From the NCBI GenBank assembly GCA_030141605.1, contig JAQGDQ010001978.1, positions 1-18,879 of the forward strand: DNA of 18,879 bases. Direction: 5' to 3'. Within the stretch, counting starts at the first letter, position 1. Each line of letters opens with the position of its first letter. The notes beneath the pieces were generated by a model that saw nothing but the letters and a program-made list of their open reading frames with translations, ran no database searches and was not told the DNA's origin. This document shows, in pieces, positions 9,731-18,879 of the stretch. Made by a program: the position numbers and the translations under genes. The stretch comes from Tubiluchus corallicola. Its lineage: Eukaryota; Animalia; Priapulida.

Positions 9731-10456
9731 CCAGGTACACAGGTAGCTTACTTGGTGCACAGGTAGCTTACTAGGTATACAGGTAGCTTACTAGGTACAC
9801 AGGTAGCTTACTTGGTGCACAGGTAGCTTACTAGGTATACAGGTAGCTTACTAGGTACACAGGTAGCTTACTTGGTACACAGGTAGCTTACTTGGTACAC
9901 AGGTAGCCTACTTGGTACACAAGTAGCTTACTTGATACACAGGTAGCTTACTAAGTACACAGGTAGCTTGGTTGGTACACAGGTAGCTTACTTGGTGCAC
10001 AGGTAGCTTACTAGGTACACAGGTAGCTTACTTGGTACACAGGTAGCCTACTTGGTACACAGGTAGCTTACTTGATACACAGGTAGCTTACTAAGTACAC
10101 AGGTAGCTTATTTGGTACATAGGTAGCTTACTAAGTACACAAGTAGCTTATTTGGTACATAGGTAGCTTATTAAGTACACAGGTAGCTTACTAGCTACAC
10201 AGGTAGCCTACTTGGTACACAGGTAGCTTACTAAGTACACAGGTAGCTTACTTGGTACACAGGTAGCTTACTAAGTACCAAGGTAGCTTACTTGGTACAC
10301 AGGTAGCTTACTAAGTACACAGGTAGCTTACTTGGTACACAGGTAGCTTACTAAGTACACAGGTAGCTTACTTGGTACACAGGTAGCTTACTAAGTACCA
10401 AGGTAGCTTACTTGGTACACAGGTAGCTTACTAAGTACACAGGTAGCTTACTTGGT
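9731..10456. repeat. 20-bp minisatellite, about 36 units (cttggtacacaggtagctta), overlapping the TRAPPC10 donor site
   Basis: Exact 20-bp register with no indels. Variants ctagg, cttgg and ctaag, with cttgg and ctaag alternating near the right end. Confidence 0.97.
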
Positions 10457-10592
10457 CACATTTTCCTGTTTTTTCTGGCACTCAGCCAACTGCATTCTAG
10501 TCTTTGCAACCATCCACTCCCATCCTTCTTTCTTGTACATTTTTAGAGAGTCCTGGAGAAAGCTTTCAGCTGTGTACAATTCAGCGGCTTTC
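10452..10592 (-). CDS. TRAPPC10: TRAPPC10 internal exon ((M)KAAELYTAESFLQDSLKMYKKEGWEWMVAKTRMQLAECQKKQENVT(K))
   Basis: attatttccag acceptor, AA|gtaagc donor, 141 nt, phase 2 to 2. Resembles human KAEIYLQGALKNYLAEGWALPITHTRKQLAECQK. Confidence 0.95.
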
Positions 10593-11004
10593 CTGGAAAT
10601 AATTTTCACAAACGTCAGTTATTATTTTATAATCAGTTGTGTTGTCTGACAACGTAACAATGGAACAGCACGCATGCTCATTCCTGTCCACGAGCTTGCC
10701 TGCTTAATTGCAAAGCCTGGGCAAGTCAAAAACTCCAAAACATTAGCTGACATTTTCAGACTAAAAACACCAATTAAATGCTTCTACTGGTCAAAACCCT
10801 AAATGCAGCAGCTCTGAGTTAAGTGTTTTATGATTAGGCCAAACCAATCTCATAAAAGAATCAGTGTTGCTTAACTTGTTCACAGGCTCCTGCTACCTTC
10901 TTTCATTGAAAACTGCAAAAAAACCAGTATCTATGTTAAAGAAAAAATATCTATGTATTTGAAATGAACATGCTTGTATGATTCACTAATCTTGTGAGTG
11001 GAGC

Positions 11005-11510
11005 GCAGTACACAGCACAGTACACAACACAGTACCCAGCACAGAACACAGTACAGTACACAGCACAGTACAGTACACAGCACAGTACACAACACAGTAC
11101 CCAGCACAGCACACAGTACAGTACACAGCATAGTACACAGCACAGTACAGTACACAGCACAGTACAGTACATAGCATAGCACACAGTACAGTACACAGCA
11201 TAGTATACTGTACAGTACACAGCACCATACACAACACAGTACACAGTACAGTACACAGTACCCAGCACAGTACACAGTACAGTACACAACACAGTACAGT
11301 ACACAGCACAGTACACAACACAGTACCCAGCACAGTACAGCACACAGTACAGTACACAGCATAGTACACAGCACAGTACAGTACACAGCACAGTACAGTA
11401 CACAGCATAGCACACAGTACAGTACACAGCATAGTATACAGTACAGTACACAGCACCGTACACAACACAGTACACAGTACAGTACACAGCACAGCACAGT
11501 ACAGTACAGC
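11005..11510. repeat. Compound satellite of ACAGT/ACAGC/ACACAGT units with a higher-order period of about 231 bp
   Basis: Mixed 5- and 7-mers. The rare variant block tagtata...cagcacc.tacacaac recurs at 11201 and 11432. Confidence 0.95.
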
Positions 11511-11762
11511 CTCCACTTACAACATAAAATTGCTTCGAAATTTAACATGAATCTGATACCAAAAATCAGGTGCGAATGTAAGCAGGTGAACACTAGACTT
11601 GTTTGATCAGAACAAGACTGCTTTATAGAAAAATAATTCTAGGGCCATGGACCGCCTACACAGAACAACTCAAACTAGTTTTATTAGTAAAATATATACA
11701 AGACCATTAACTGTAAATGCTTAAAGTTATGAAACAATAAGACTTTTCGTAAAAATCCTTAC

Positions 11763-11854
11763 ATGTAAAATACAGCCAAGTCATTTCCAATTAGTCGTGC
11801 AGTCCGTAACCGACCAATGTGCTTGAACGTGCCCATGGCTAATTCAGACAACTC
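11763..11854 (-). CDS. TRAPPC10: TRAPPC10 internal exon (ELSELAMGTFKHIGRLRTARLIGNDLAVFY(M))
   Basis: ctaatgcatgtcag acceptor, AT|gtaagg donor, 92 nt, phase 0 to 2. Resembles human DLSHATIEMYTSIGRIRSAKFVGKDLAEFYM. Confidence 0.95.
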
Positions 11855-12288
11855 CTGACATGCATTAGATAAAAGAAAATTTAATAAACATTGCAGAAAA
11901 CCAATGCTAATGTAGGAAATTCTTAAGCACACTGTCTAATAAACATTTTTTCCTAAGCAAATACATAAAATATTTTAAGTTGATTTTTTTCTTGTGAAAA
12001 TGACAATCGGGCCCACAGAAGGAAATGATCAACCATTAAAACATGAGCTTGCCTCATTGGGGCTGGAACTACAAACTTAAACTTGAACTAAGATTATAAG
12101 ACTCAGTTTTCACTTAGAGCTAATCTGTCAGTTTAAATTATAACATGTATATTAGTGTATATTACTCATGTGACACATCCTTAATTTCGCCTTTTAGTAA
12201 TTATACATTCAAGCTGTCTGGCACTCAAATGTAGGAGTTAACTAGAAGAGGATCAGTTCCCACACTGGAGCTTTTGTGATACAATTAT

Positions 12289-12728
12289 CAGTGGCGGATT
12301 TAGGGGCGGGACCCAAGGGGCCTGGGACCCCTTTCATAGTAGCAATTACAGCACACCAAGTGAATATTTTCTCTAGATTATAAGCCTTAGAACGTTTAGT
12401 GGTAGCTTTTAATGACTTATATCGAGTAGAAAGTTCTGCATTAATGATTTCAGTGTAAAAAACATTTGTGCCCATTAAACGATAATTGAAGTTTTAGGCA
12501 AAGATGTCGCTGTGCGCACTTATATGTTACACTAGGGTGTATACTAGTATATTGGTGTGTAATGAAGAGTCAAAAGTTTGAAGTGACATAATGAGTTTTA
12601 AACAATTGAATTTGCTGAGGAAATAGTAAGAAAAATGGTCTAAAATGCAATAAAATGCATCGGTAGCCGGGGTTCCCCAGGTTCTTTTGTTTGGCCCACC
12701 CTTTTTCTACAGCCTGTATCCGCCGCTA
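12289..12728. mobile_element. Older hAT-like MITE, about 440 bp
   Basis: Imperfect TIRs cagtggcggattta and tgtatccgccgcta, with GC-rich subterminal blocks. No TSD is recognisable. Confidence 0.6.
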
Positions 12729-12832
12729 TAAACCAATATAAATGTAGAAAGTCAAAAGGGTTACATTACATCTATATATGAAATTCTACAGATATGTTGT
12801 CACAACAAAATGACTGCACAGAAAATACTCAC

Positions 12833-12909
12833 CAAATAATGTTTCCGGAACAACTCCTTTGACGACAAAGCTTCTCTCAGCTTGTCCATTGGCCCTGGTT
12901 GATCCGAAT
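12833..12909 (-). CDS. TRAPPC10: TRAPPC10 internal exon ((N)SDQPGPMDKLREALSSKELFRKHYL)
   Basis: ctttttgtttttaag acceptor, TTG|gtgagt donor, 77 nt, phase 1 to 0. Resembles human SPYKKLKEALSSVEAFEKHYL. Confidence 0.95.
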
Positions 12910-13012
12910 CTTAAAAACAAAAAGTAGAAATATTTTCTCACATGATGACACTATTATAATCCAGATTTCACTATTTTTAACACAATGGAGCACAATAACA
13001 TCTCAGTCTTGG

Positions 13013-13274
13013 CAGGGCCTATTTCAAGGGGGGGAAGTGGGGATACTTCCCCGGGGCCTCACACTCCAGGGGGGCCTCGCGCCAAGGTAACATTATTTTT
13101 TTGCTTTATGCGAACAAACTGTATAACTCCATATTTTCTCTTCGAAAATGCTTCTCCGGCGTTCTAGCAGTTCAAAAATTTTCTGGGCGCCAACCATGGT
13201 GGCAACCCCCCCCCCCAGAGGGGGCCTCACACACCCCACTTCCCCGGGCCTCGCTTAGGCTGAAATAGGCCCTG
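13013..13274. mobile_element. Young hAT-type MITE, 262 bp
   Basis: Perfect 14-bp TIRs cagggcctatttca and tgaaataggccctg. Perfect 8-bp TSD agtcttgg at 13005-13012 and 13275-13282. Confidence 0.93.
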
Positions 13275-14212
13275 AGTCTTGGCTATAGCCCTTTCAGTAG
13301 CGTTGGGTATTGCATACGATTTCAGTAGTGTGATATACTGTGTGATACACATTGCTGTAATGCAATACTAATTGCAATATATTGTTGTTTTGAGGTTAAT
13401 TGAAAACCGCTATATACCATACTAAAGTAAATTGGACATATATCCGTCAACATATTAGACTACATGCAAATTAAATTTGGAGACGCTGAATTAAGTGATT
13501 GAGTGGCGCTACTATGTTCAATACTAATATATGTATAAAAAAGGAATCGGTTTTATCAGATTAACGAGTATTTTACAAGTCTGTCAATATGCCAAACAAT
13601 ATGAAAAGTGGAACAACGAGGATTTCCAAAACAATAATAGCAAAGTAACACTGTTTTCGGGTGTTATATAATAATAATAATAAAAACAATAATAAATTTT
13701 GACCAAATAAATATTTATTATTTAATAATAAATATTAAATAATATAGTCCTATAAAAGCCCATGGAACCCATAACTTTAACTAGTTATTCAGTGCCACTA
13801 TATTATAACACATATAATGAAATTTGACAATCGAAATTTTTTTCGCAAATGTCGCATATGTATTACAAGATTTGTATCACCTGTATAAGCAACACTTATA
13901 TAAGCACATAAGACTATACACTAATAGTTCGGTGGCTAATTACTAATTAGTTTAATTATGAAAGTGCCTTTAATTAGGCTCACAAGATACTTCTGAAAAA
14001 ACATCTATTGCAGTATGAACCAGTAGAGAAAAAACAGTATCATGATACATTGTCCACGTGCAATTTCAGATCTATAGTATTAATGGCTAAATGATGTCAC
14101 AGTGAGGAAACAAAGTGGAATCAATTAAAAAACCCATCAAGTTGATTTTTATTATTTTTAGCTTTCACTCTAGAAACTCCAAATGAACAAACAGCCAGCG
14201 ACTTGTACTCAC

Positions 14213-14324
14213 TTCCATGCTGTTTCTTTCCCATTCCGGATAATAGATCGACAACCATGTTTAGCTGTACGGACGATGGCTCCGTATCTGGCATCAGACC
14301 ACAAAGAACACCAACATCATGAAG
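14213..14324 (-). CDS. TRAPPC10: TRAPPC10 internal exon (LHDVGVLCGLMPDTEPSSVQLNMVVDLLSGMGKKQHG)
   Basis: ttgtctttcag acceptor, A|gtgagt donor, 112 nt, phase 0 to 1. Resembles human LKSLGYLCGLVSEKGPNSEDLNRTVDLLAGLG. Confidence 0.95.
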
Positions 14325-14389
14325 CTGAAAGACAATTTGAAATATTTAAAATAAGTTAAAAATTAATGTAAACACCGAGTTGGCCAGAA

Positions 14390-15666
14390 AATAAGTCTAA
14401 CTTAATGCTGCATATGTACCTGTATAGTATAAGTGTAACTAATGCTGCATATGTAACTGTATAGTATAAGTGTAACATAATGCTGCATATGTAACTGTGT
14501 AGTATAAGTGTAACTTACTGCTGCATATGTAACTGCGTAATATAAGTGTAACTTAATGCTGCATATGTAACTGCGTAATATAAGTGTAACTTAATGCTGC
14601 ATATGTAACTGTGTAGTATAAGTGTAACTTAATGCTGCGTATGTAACTGTGCAGTACAAGTATAACTTAATGCTGCATATGTAACTGTGCAGTACAAGTA
14701 TAACTTAATGCTGCATATGTAACTGTGCAGTAAAAGTGTAACTTAATGCTGCATATGTAACTATGCAGTACAAGTGTAACTAATGCTGCATATGTAACTA
14801 CGTAGTACAAGTGTAACTTAATGCTGCATATGTAACTGTGCAGTACAAGTGTAACTTAATGCTGCATATGTAACTGTGTAGTACAAGTGTAACTTAATGC
14901 TGCATATGTAACTGTGTAGTACAAGTGTAACTTAATGCTGCATATGTAACTGTGTAGTACTAGTGTAACTTAATGCTGCATATGTAACTGTGTAGTACAA
15001 GTGTAACTTAATGCTGCATATGTAACTGTGTAGTACAAGTGTAACTTAATGCTGCATATGTAACTGTGTAGTACAAGTGTAACTTAATGCTGCATATGTA
15101 ACTGTGTAGTACTAGTGTAACTTAATGCTGCATATGTAACTGTGTAGTACAAGTGTAACTTACTGCTGCATATGTAACTGTGTAGTACTAGTGTAACTTA
15201 ATGCTGCATATGTAACTGTGTAGTACAAGTGTAACTTAATGCTGCATATGTAACTGTGTAGTACAAGTGTAACTTAATGCTGCATATGTAACTGTGTAGT
15301 ACTAGTGTAACTTAATGCTGCATATGTAACTGTGTAGTACAAGTGTAACTTAATGCTGCATATGTAACTGTGTAGTACAAGTGTAACTTAATGCTGCATA
15401 TGTAACTGTGTAGTACAAGTGTAACTTAATGCTGCATATGTAACTGTGTAGTACTAGTGTAACTTAATGCTGCATATGTAACTGTGTAGTACAAGTGTAA
15501 CTTAATGCTGCATATGTAACTGTGTAGTACTAGTGTAACTTAATGCTGCATATGTAACTGTGTAGTACAAGTGTAACTTAATGCTGCATATGTAACTGTG
15601 CAGTACAAGTGTAACTTAATGCTGCATATGTAACTGTGCAGTACAAGTGTAACTTAATGCTGCATA
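14390..15666. repeat. 38-bp minisatellite, about 33 units (gtaacttaatgctgcatatgtaactgtgtagtacaagt)
   Basis: Head-to-tail, near-identical units with no spacers. Each unit is two 19-bp halves that both begin GTAACT. Confidence 0.97.
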
Positions 15667-15906
15667 GTACATGACTTATAGCCTTATTTCTTACCATTTA
15701 AAACAAAGTAAATTAATTTCAGAATTTTAGAGGCAAAAAAAACATTTTATTTTTTAGAAAAAGCATGAAACTAAGTGGTACACAGTATTAACATCATTTT
15801 CATATTTATGTAGTACAACATTTGTAGTTTTTGCAATGTTCCTATTTTTTCATGAGCGACAGAATCAAATAAATACTGAAAATATTTGAGGTGTTGTTTG
15901 ATATAC

Positions 15907-16053
15907 CTTTGCTCTTGCGTAGTTTCGCAGACTAGCTGTGTATAATGCGTAACCCGTAACTTGCTCCGGTCGTTTTACTTTATCACAAGCATCTAACACC
16001 TCCAGGCAAGTGAGAAACACCCAGCAAGATACTGAACCAGGAGGTAAGTTTAT
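15907..16053 (-). CDS. TRAPPC10: TRAPPC10 internal exon (INLPPGSVSCWVFLTCLEVLDACDK...YTASLRNYARAK)
   Basis: gtggtttttttag acceptor, AAG|gtatat donor, 147 nt, phase 0 to 0. Resembles human VSVPPGALDCWVFLSCLEVL...HTVGLWSYATEK. Confidence 0.96.
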
Positions 16054-16068
16054 CTAAAAAAACCACAG

Positions 16069-16494
16069 CAGTTAACCTCAAATATAAGGCACTCGCTTAT
16101 AAGGGGCCACGAACTCCAGGTCCCGCATAAAAGAAACCCAGGTAAATTACGTCTCATATAAGGGACCTATGATCAAAGCAAAAGTGATCAATTTTTAACC
16201 TCAATTTTTCTCAAACTCAGCCTTCAAACAGCTCGGCTTCTATGGTCACATACATCTTACATCACTGAAGGAGCTTCCTACATACCGCCTGCACTAAATG
16301 TTTAGCAATAATCCATAAAAATATGGGTAAAAGTACAGGTCTAGATACGTGCTCGGTCGGACTCAGCTTCGGCTATAAGAAACGGTTTTTTCAACTCAAC
16401 TTCGGCTATAAGAGACGGTTTTTTCAACTCAACTTTGGCTATAAGAGACGGTTTTTTCCGGTCCGGAGGTGACCCTTATATCTGAGGTTGACTA
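16069..16494. mobile_element. Tc1/mariner (pogo/Tigger-like) MITE, about 426 bp, with an internal triple repeat of about 32 bp
   Basis: TIRs cagttaacctcaaatataagg and ccttatatctgaggttgacta, with TA on the right flank. Three copies of c(t)tcggctataaga.acggtttttt at about 16367-16457. Confidence 0.8.
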
Positions 16495-16834
16495 TATAAC
16501 CAAAAAAGTCTACAAACGTAAGAAAACTCGACCACTTCTGCAAGCATAACAAAAACTTGTCGGGCAAGTACACACTAAGTGTAAGGCTTGTATGGTACAT
16601 GAAAAAAAGGCAGTGAGTTCAAGAATTAATAGGCAGACTGACCAAACTTGAGAAAAGCTTGTGGGAGGATAACGGAATCATGGAAGTTTTGAAATTCGTA
16701 ATTGTACTTCCTATAGTACTCGTTAAGAAACAAGGAACGATCTTAAATTAAACAAAAACAGTTACAGGTCTTGCCAATGTGGTCTACAAAAAAGCTATGC
16801 TTCAAATATACAATGACACAATAAACAAGTACCT

Positions 16835-17204
16835 TGTACTTCAGATACTGTGTATTTCAGGGTTCAGAATCATAATCCTAACGGTTCATTACACTGCGAC
16901 CTGGAATCCACCATTCAATGCGGTTTACTCAATAGTGATTTTGTAGTAAAGCCAAAAGCTAGTTTATTATTAAGAATAACTCTTGTAAAATCAGACACTG
17001 AAACCCCAGAGGCAGCATACTGATGACAACAATTAACTGGTACACATCTTCCGCCAATGAGATAACAGCAAGGATCGGTATGATGAATGAAACCGCCTAG
17101 AGGAAGTATTGAACCCAGTCTCTCACGAACTACTCATTGATAAGTCACATTGCTGCTTAACTTTGTTCGCAAAGCATACGCCATGACCACTCGGCTATTC
17201 AGCT
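16835..17204 (-). mobile_element. tRNA-derived SINE-like element (left-arm copy)
   Basis: Mirror of 18186-18555, with Pol III A-box TAGCCGAGTGG and B-box-like GGTTCAATACT. The 3' end is uncertain. Confidence 0.6.
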
Positions 17205-17294
17205 CACCCCGTGTAACGGAGTACTTAAAATATTAAGCCAATTTTATCAGTTTTCTTGCCTGACATGAATATACACACAATAGCAAATTCTTAC

Positions 17295-17535
17295 CTCGAG
17301 CAATTGGAGTTCATGAACGCAATTGTGCATGAATGGAAGTGAACGTTGAGCAAGTTCAGACACGCGGTTCAATAACAACAATAAGCTACATTGACGAAAA
17401 AACAAATAATTTCTGTAATCCAGTAGGGATGACTCGGCTTTACGAATCAACTCCCTTTTTGCGTCGTTTACTTCCGGACACAGAGAGAGGCCATCCCAGC
17501 ATACACAGGGCCTCATAAAACTCGTCATCCATTCG
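17295..17535 (-). CDS. TRAPPC10: TRAPPC10 exon (EWMTSFMRPCVCWDGLSL...SSLLDYRNYLFFRQC...MHNCVHELQLLE), missing its acceptor and first 7 nt
   Basis: Resembles human NWLTFFCQPVKSWNGLIL...ATLLDLRSYLFSRQCTLLL...LHNCVQELKLLE. GAG|gtaaga donor in phase 0. The 5' end is replaced by unrelated sequence at the inversion junction. Confidence 0.93.
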
Positions 17536-17559
17536 CTTCTTATCAAAAAATCGATTACG

Positions 17560-17583
17560 ATTAATTAATTAATTAATTAATTA
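17560..17583. repeat. Self-complementary (TTAA)n microsatellite, 6 units
   Basis: attaattaattaattaattaatta, 25 bp from the inversion junction. Confidence 0.9.
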
Positions 17584-17847
17584 GGAGTACGAAATTAATC
17601 AGAGACTTTCAATGAGTAACTAAATAAAATGAAACAAAATATTCACTCATCTTTGGCATCAAATCGTGAGTTACACAGAAAATTTGTCAACATGTCATCA
17701 CTGTTTTCAACACATTGAAACTTTAATGACAGGTATTTAAAACTAGGACGCTAATACTGAAGCCAGATGTCACCACCTTACAAGTTAGTACAGGCTGTTT
17801 TGGTTATTTAACAAACAAAAATCCTTAACATTTGCTTTATTATTTAG

Positions 17848-18095
17848 ATATAACCGAATGGATGACGAGTTTTATGAGGCCCTGTGTATGCTGGGATGGC
17901 CTCTCTCTGTGTCCGGAAGTAAACGACGCAAAAAGGGAGTTGATTCGTAAAGCCGAGTCATCCCTACTGGATTACAGAAATTATTTGTTTTTTCGTCAAT
18001 GTAGCTTATTGTTGTTATTGAACCGCGTGTCTGAACTTGCTCAACGTTCACTTCCATTCATGCACAATTGCGTTCATGAACTCCAATTGCTCGAG
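17848..18095 (+). CDS. TRAPPC10: Complete plus-strand copy of the same TRAPPC10 exon ((D)ITEWMTSF...ELQLLE)
   Basis: Branch-like cttaac and tttgctttattatttag acceptor (AG at 17846-17847), GAG|gtaaga donor, 248 nt, phase 1 to 0. Lies within ORF 17832-18143. Confidence 0.93.
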
Positions 18096-18879
18096 GTAAG
18101 AATTTGCTATTGTGTGTATATTCATGTCAGGCAAGAAAACTGATAAAATTGGCTTAATATTTTAAGTACTCCGTTACACGGGGTGAGCTGAATAGCCGAG
18201 TGGTCATGGCGTATGCTTTGCGAACAAAGTTAAGCAGCAATGTGACTTATCAATGAGTAGTTCGTGAGAGACTGGGTTCAATACTTCCTCTAGGCGGTTT
18301 CATTCATCATACCGATCCTTGCTGTTATCTCATTGGCGGAAGATGTGTACCAGTTAATTGTTGTCATCAGTATGCTGCCTCTGGGGTTTCAGTGTCTGAT
18401 TTTACAAGAGTTATTCTTAATAATAAACTAGCTTTTGGCTTTACTACAAAATCACTATTGAGTAAACCGCATTGAATGGTGGATTCCAGGTCGCAGTGTA
18501 ATGAACCGTTAGGATTATGATTCTGAACCCTGAAATACACAGTATCTGAAGTACAAGGTACTTGTTTATTGTGTCATTGTATATTTGAAGCATAGCTTTT
18601 TTGTAGACCACATTGGCAAGACCTGTAACTGTTTTTGTTTAATTTAAGATCGTTCCTTGTTTCTTAACGAGTACTATAGGAAGTACAATTACGAATTTCA
18701 AAACTTCCATGATTCCGTTATCCTCCCACAAGCTTTTCTCAAGTTTGGTCAGTCTGCCTATTAATTCTTGAACTCACTGCCTTTTTTTCATGTACCATAC
18801 AAGCCTTACACTTAGTGTGTACTTGCCCGACAAGTTTTTGTTATGCTTGCAGAAGTGGTCGAGTTTTCTTACGTTTGTA
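17855..18879. repeat. Right arm of the 1025-bp inverted duplication, running off the window end
   Basis: Reverse complement of 16511-17535. Confidence 0.97.
18186..18555 (+). mobile_element. tRNA-derived SINE-like element (right-arm copy)
   Basis: A-box TAGCCGAGTGG at 18193-18203 with a D-arm-like GCCG/TGGC pairing, and B-box-like GGTTCAATACT at 18275-18285. There is no acceptor stem, so it is not a tRNA gene. The 3' end is uncertain. Confidence 0.6.

Larger units (their letters stand above)
16511..17535. repeat. Left arm of a 1025-bp inverted duplication
   Basis: Reverse complement of 17855-18879. Paired coordinates sum to 35390 at both ends, so there is no net indel. No mismatch in the segments I compared by eye. 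Confidence 0.97.

Noticed and set aside
9731-10456. CRISPR or iteron-like array
   Set aside because: Contiguous 20-bp units without spacers in a eukaryotic intron.
10931-11593. Cys-rich proteins (ORFs 10931-11593, 10951-11487, 10986-11516, 10994-11179)
   Set aside because: They are translations of a simple satellite that is open in several frames at once, inside a TRAPPC10 intron.
13297-13385. hAT-like left end (tagcgttgggtattgca, gcaatac motifs)
   Set aside because: No matching right TIR or TSD was found, so it is too weak to call.
14390-15666. CRISPR array (repeat length in the CRISPR range)
   Set aside because: Units are head-to-tail with no unique spacers, there are no cas genes, and the context is a spliceosomal intron.
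17560-17583. Telomeric repeat or hairpin telomere
   Set aside because: (TTAA)n is not a G-rich telomere motif, and it is off-centre relative to the palindrome axis.
17333-18057. 61-aa ORFs MEVNVEQ... at 17333-17518 (+) and 17872-18057 (-)
   Set aside because: Antisense shadows of the TRAPPC10 exon, duplicated only because of the inverted repeat.
17247-18143. Two divergent standalone genes of about 100 aa sharing a bidirectional promoter
   Set aside because: Both are one internal exon read through into intron, with non-ATG starts. The spacer has acceptor and branch features rather than promoter features.
18186-18290. Functional tRNA gene
   Set aside because: No acceptor-stem pairing, a degenerate B box and no clean anticodon stem.
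16511-18879. Long-TIR transposon (Foldback or Polinton type)
   Set aside because: The arms consist of host exon and intron sequence, and no terminus or TSD is visible.

Overview
AT-rich animal (probably invertebrate) nuclear DNA, not prokaryotic. The window holds the middle of a multi-exon TRAPPC10 (TRAPPII subunit, Trs130/TMEM1 family) gene on the minus strand. Eleven exons from 17535 down to 1530 splice in phase into about 565 uninterrupted codons that are colinear with human TRAPPC10 as I recall it. One intron is GC-AG. The introns are packed with non-autonomous DNA transposons (Kolobok-type, hAT, piggyBac-type, pogo/Tigger-type), LINE fragments, a tRNA-derived SINE, a decayed THAP-domain ORF and three large tandem arrays. 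One array is a roughly 36-fold amplification of the gene's own 5' splice site. The window ends in an apparently exact 1025-bp inverted duplication (16511-17535 vs 17855-18879, 319-bp spacer) that cuts into a TRAPPC10 exon. This is either a fold-back sequencing/assembly chimera or a very recent fold-back inversion. I found no convincing new multi-gene system. Protein and repeat family assignments come from recalled sequences and motifs, not from database searches.
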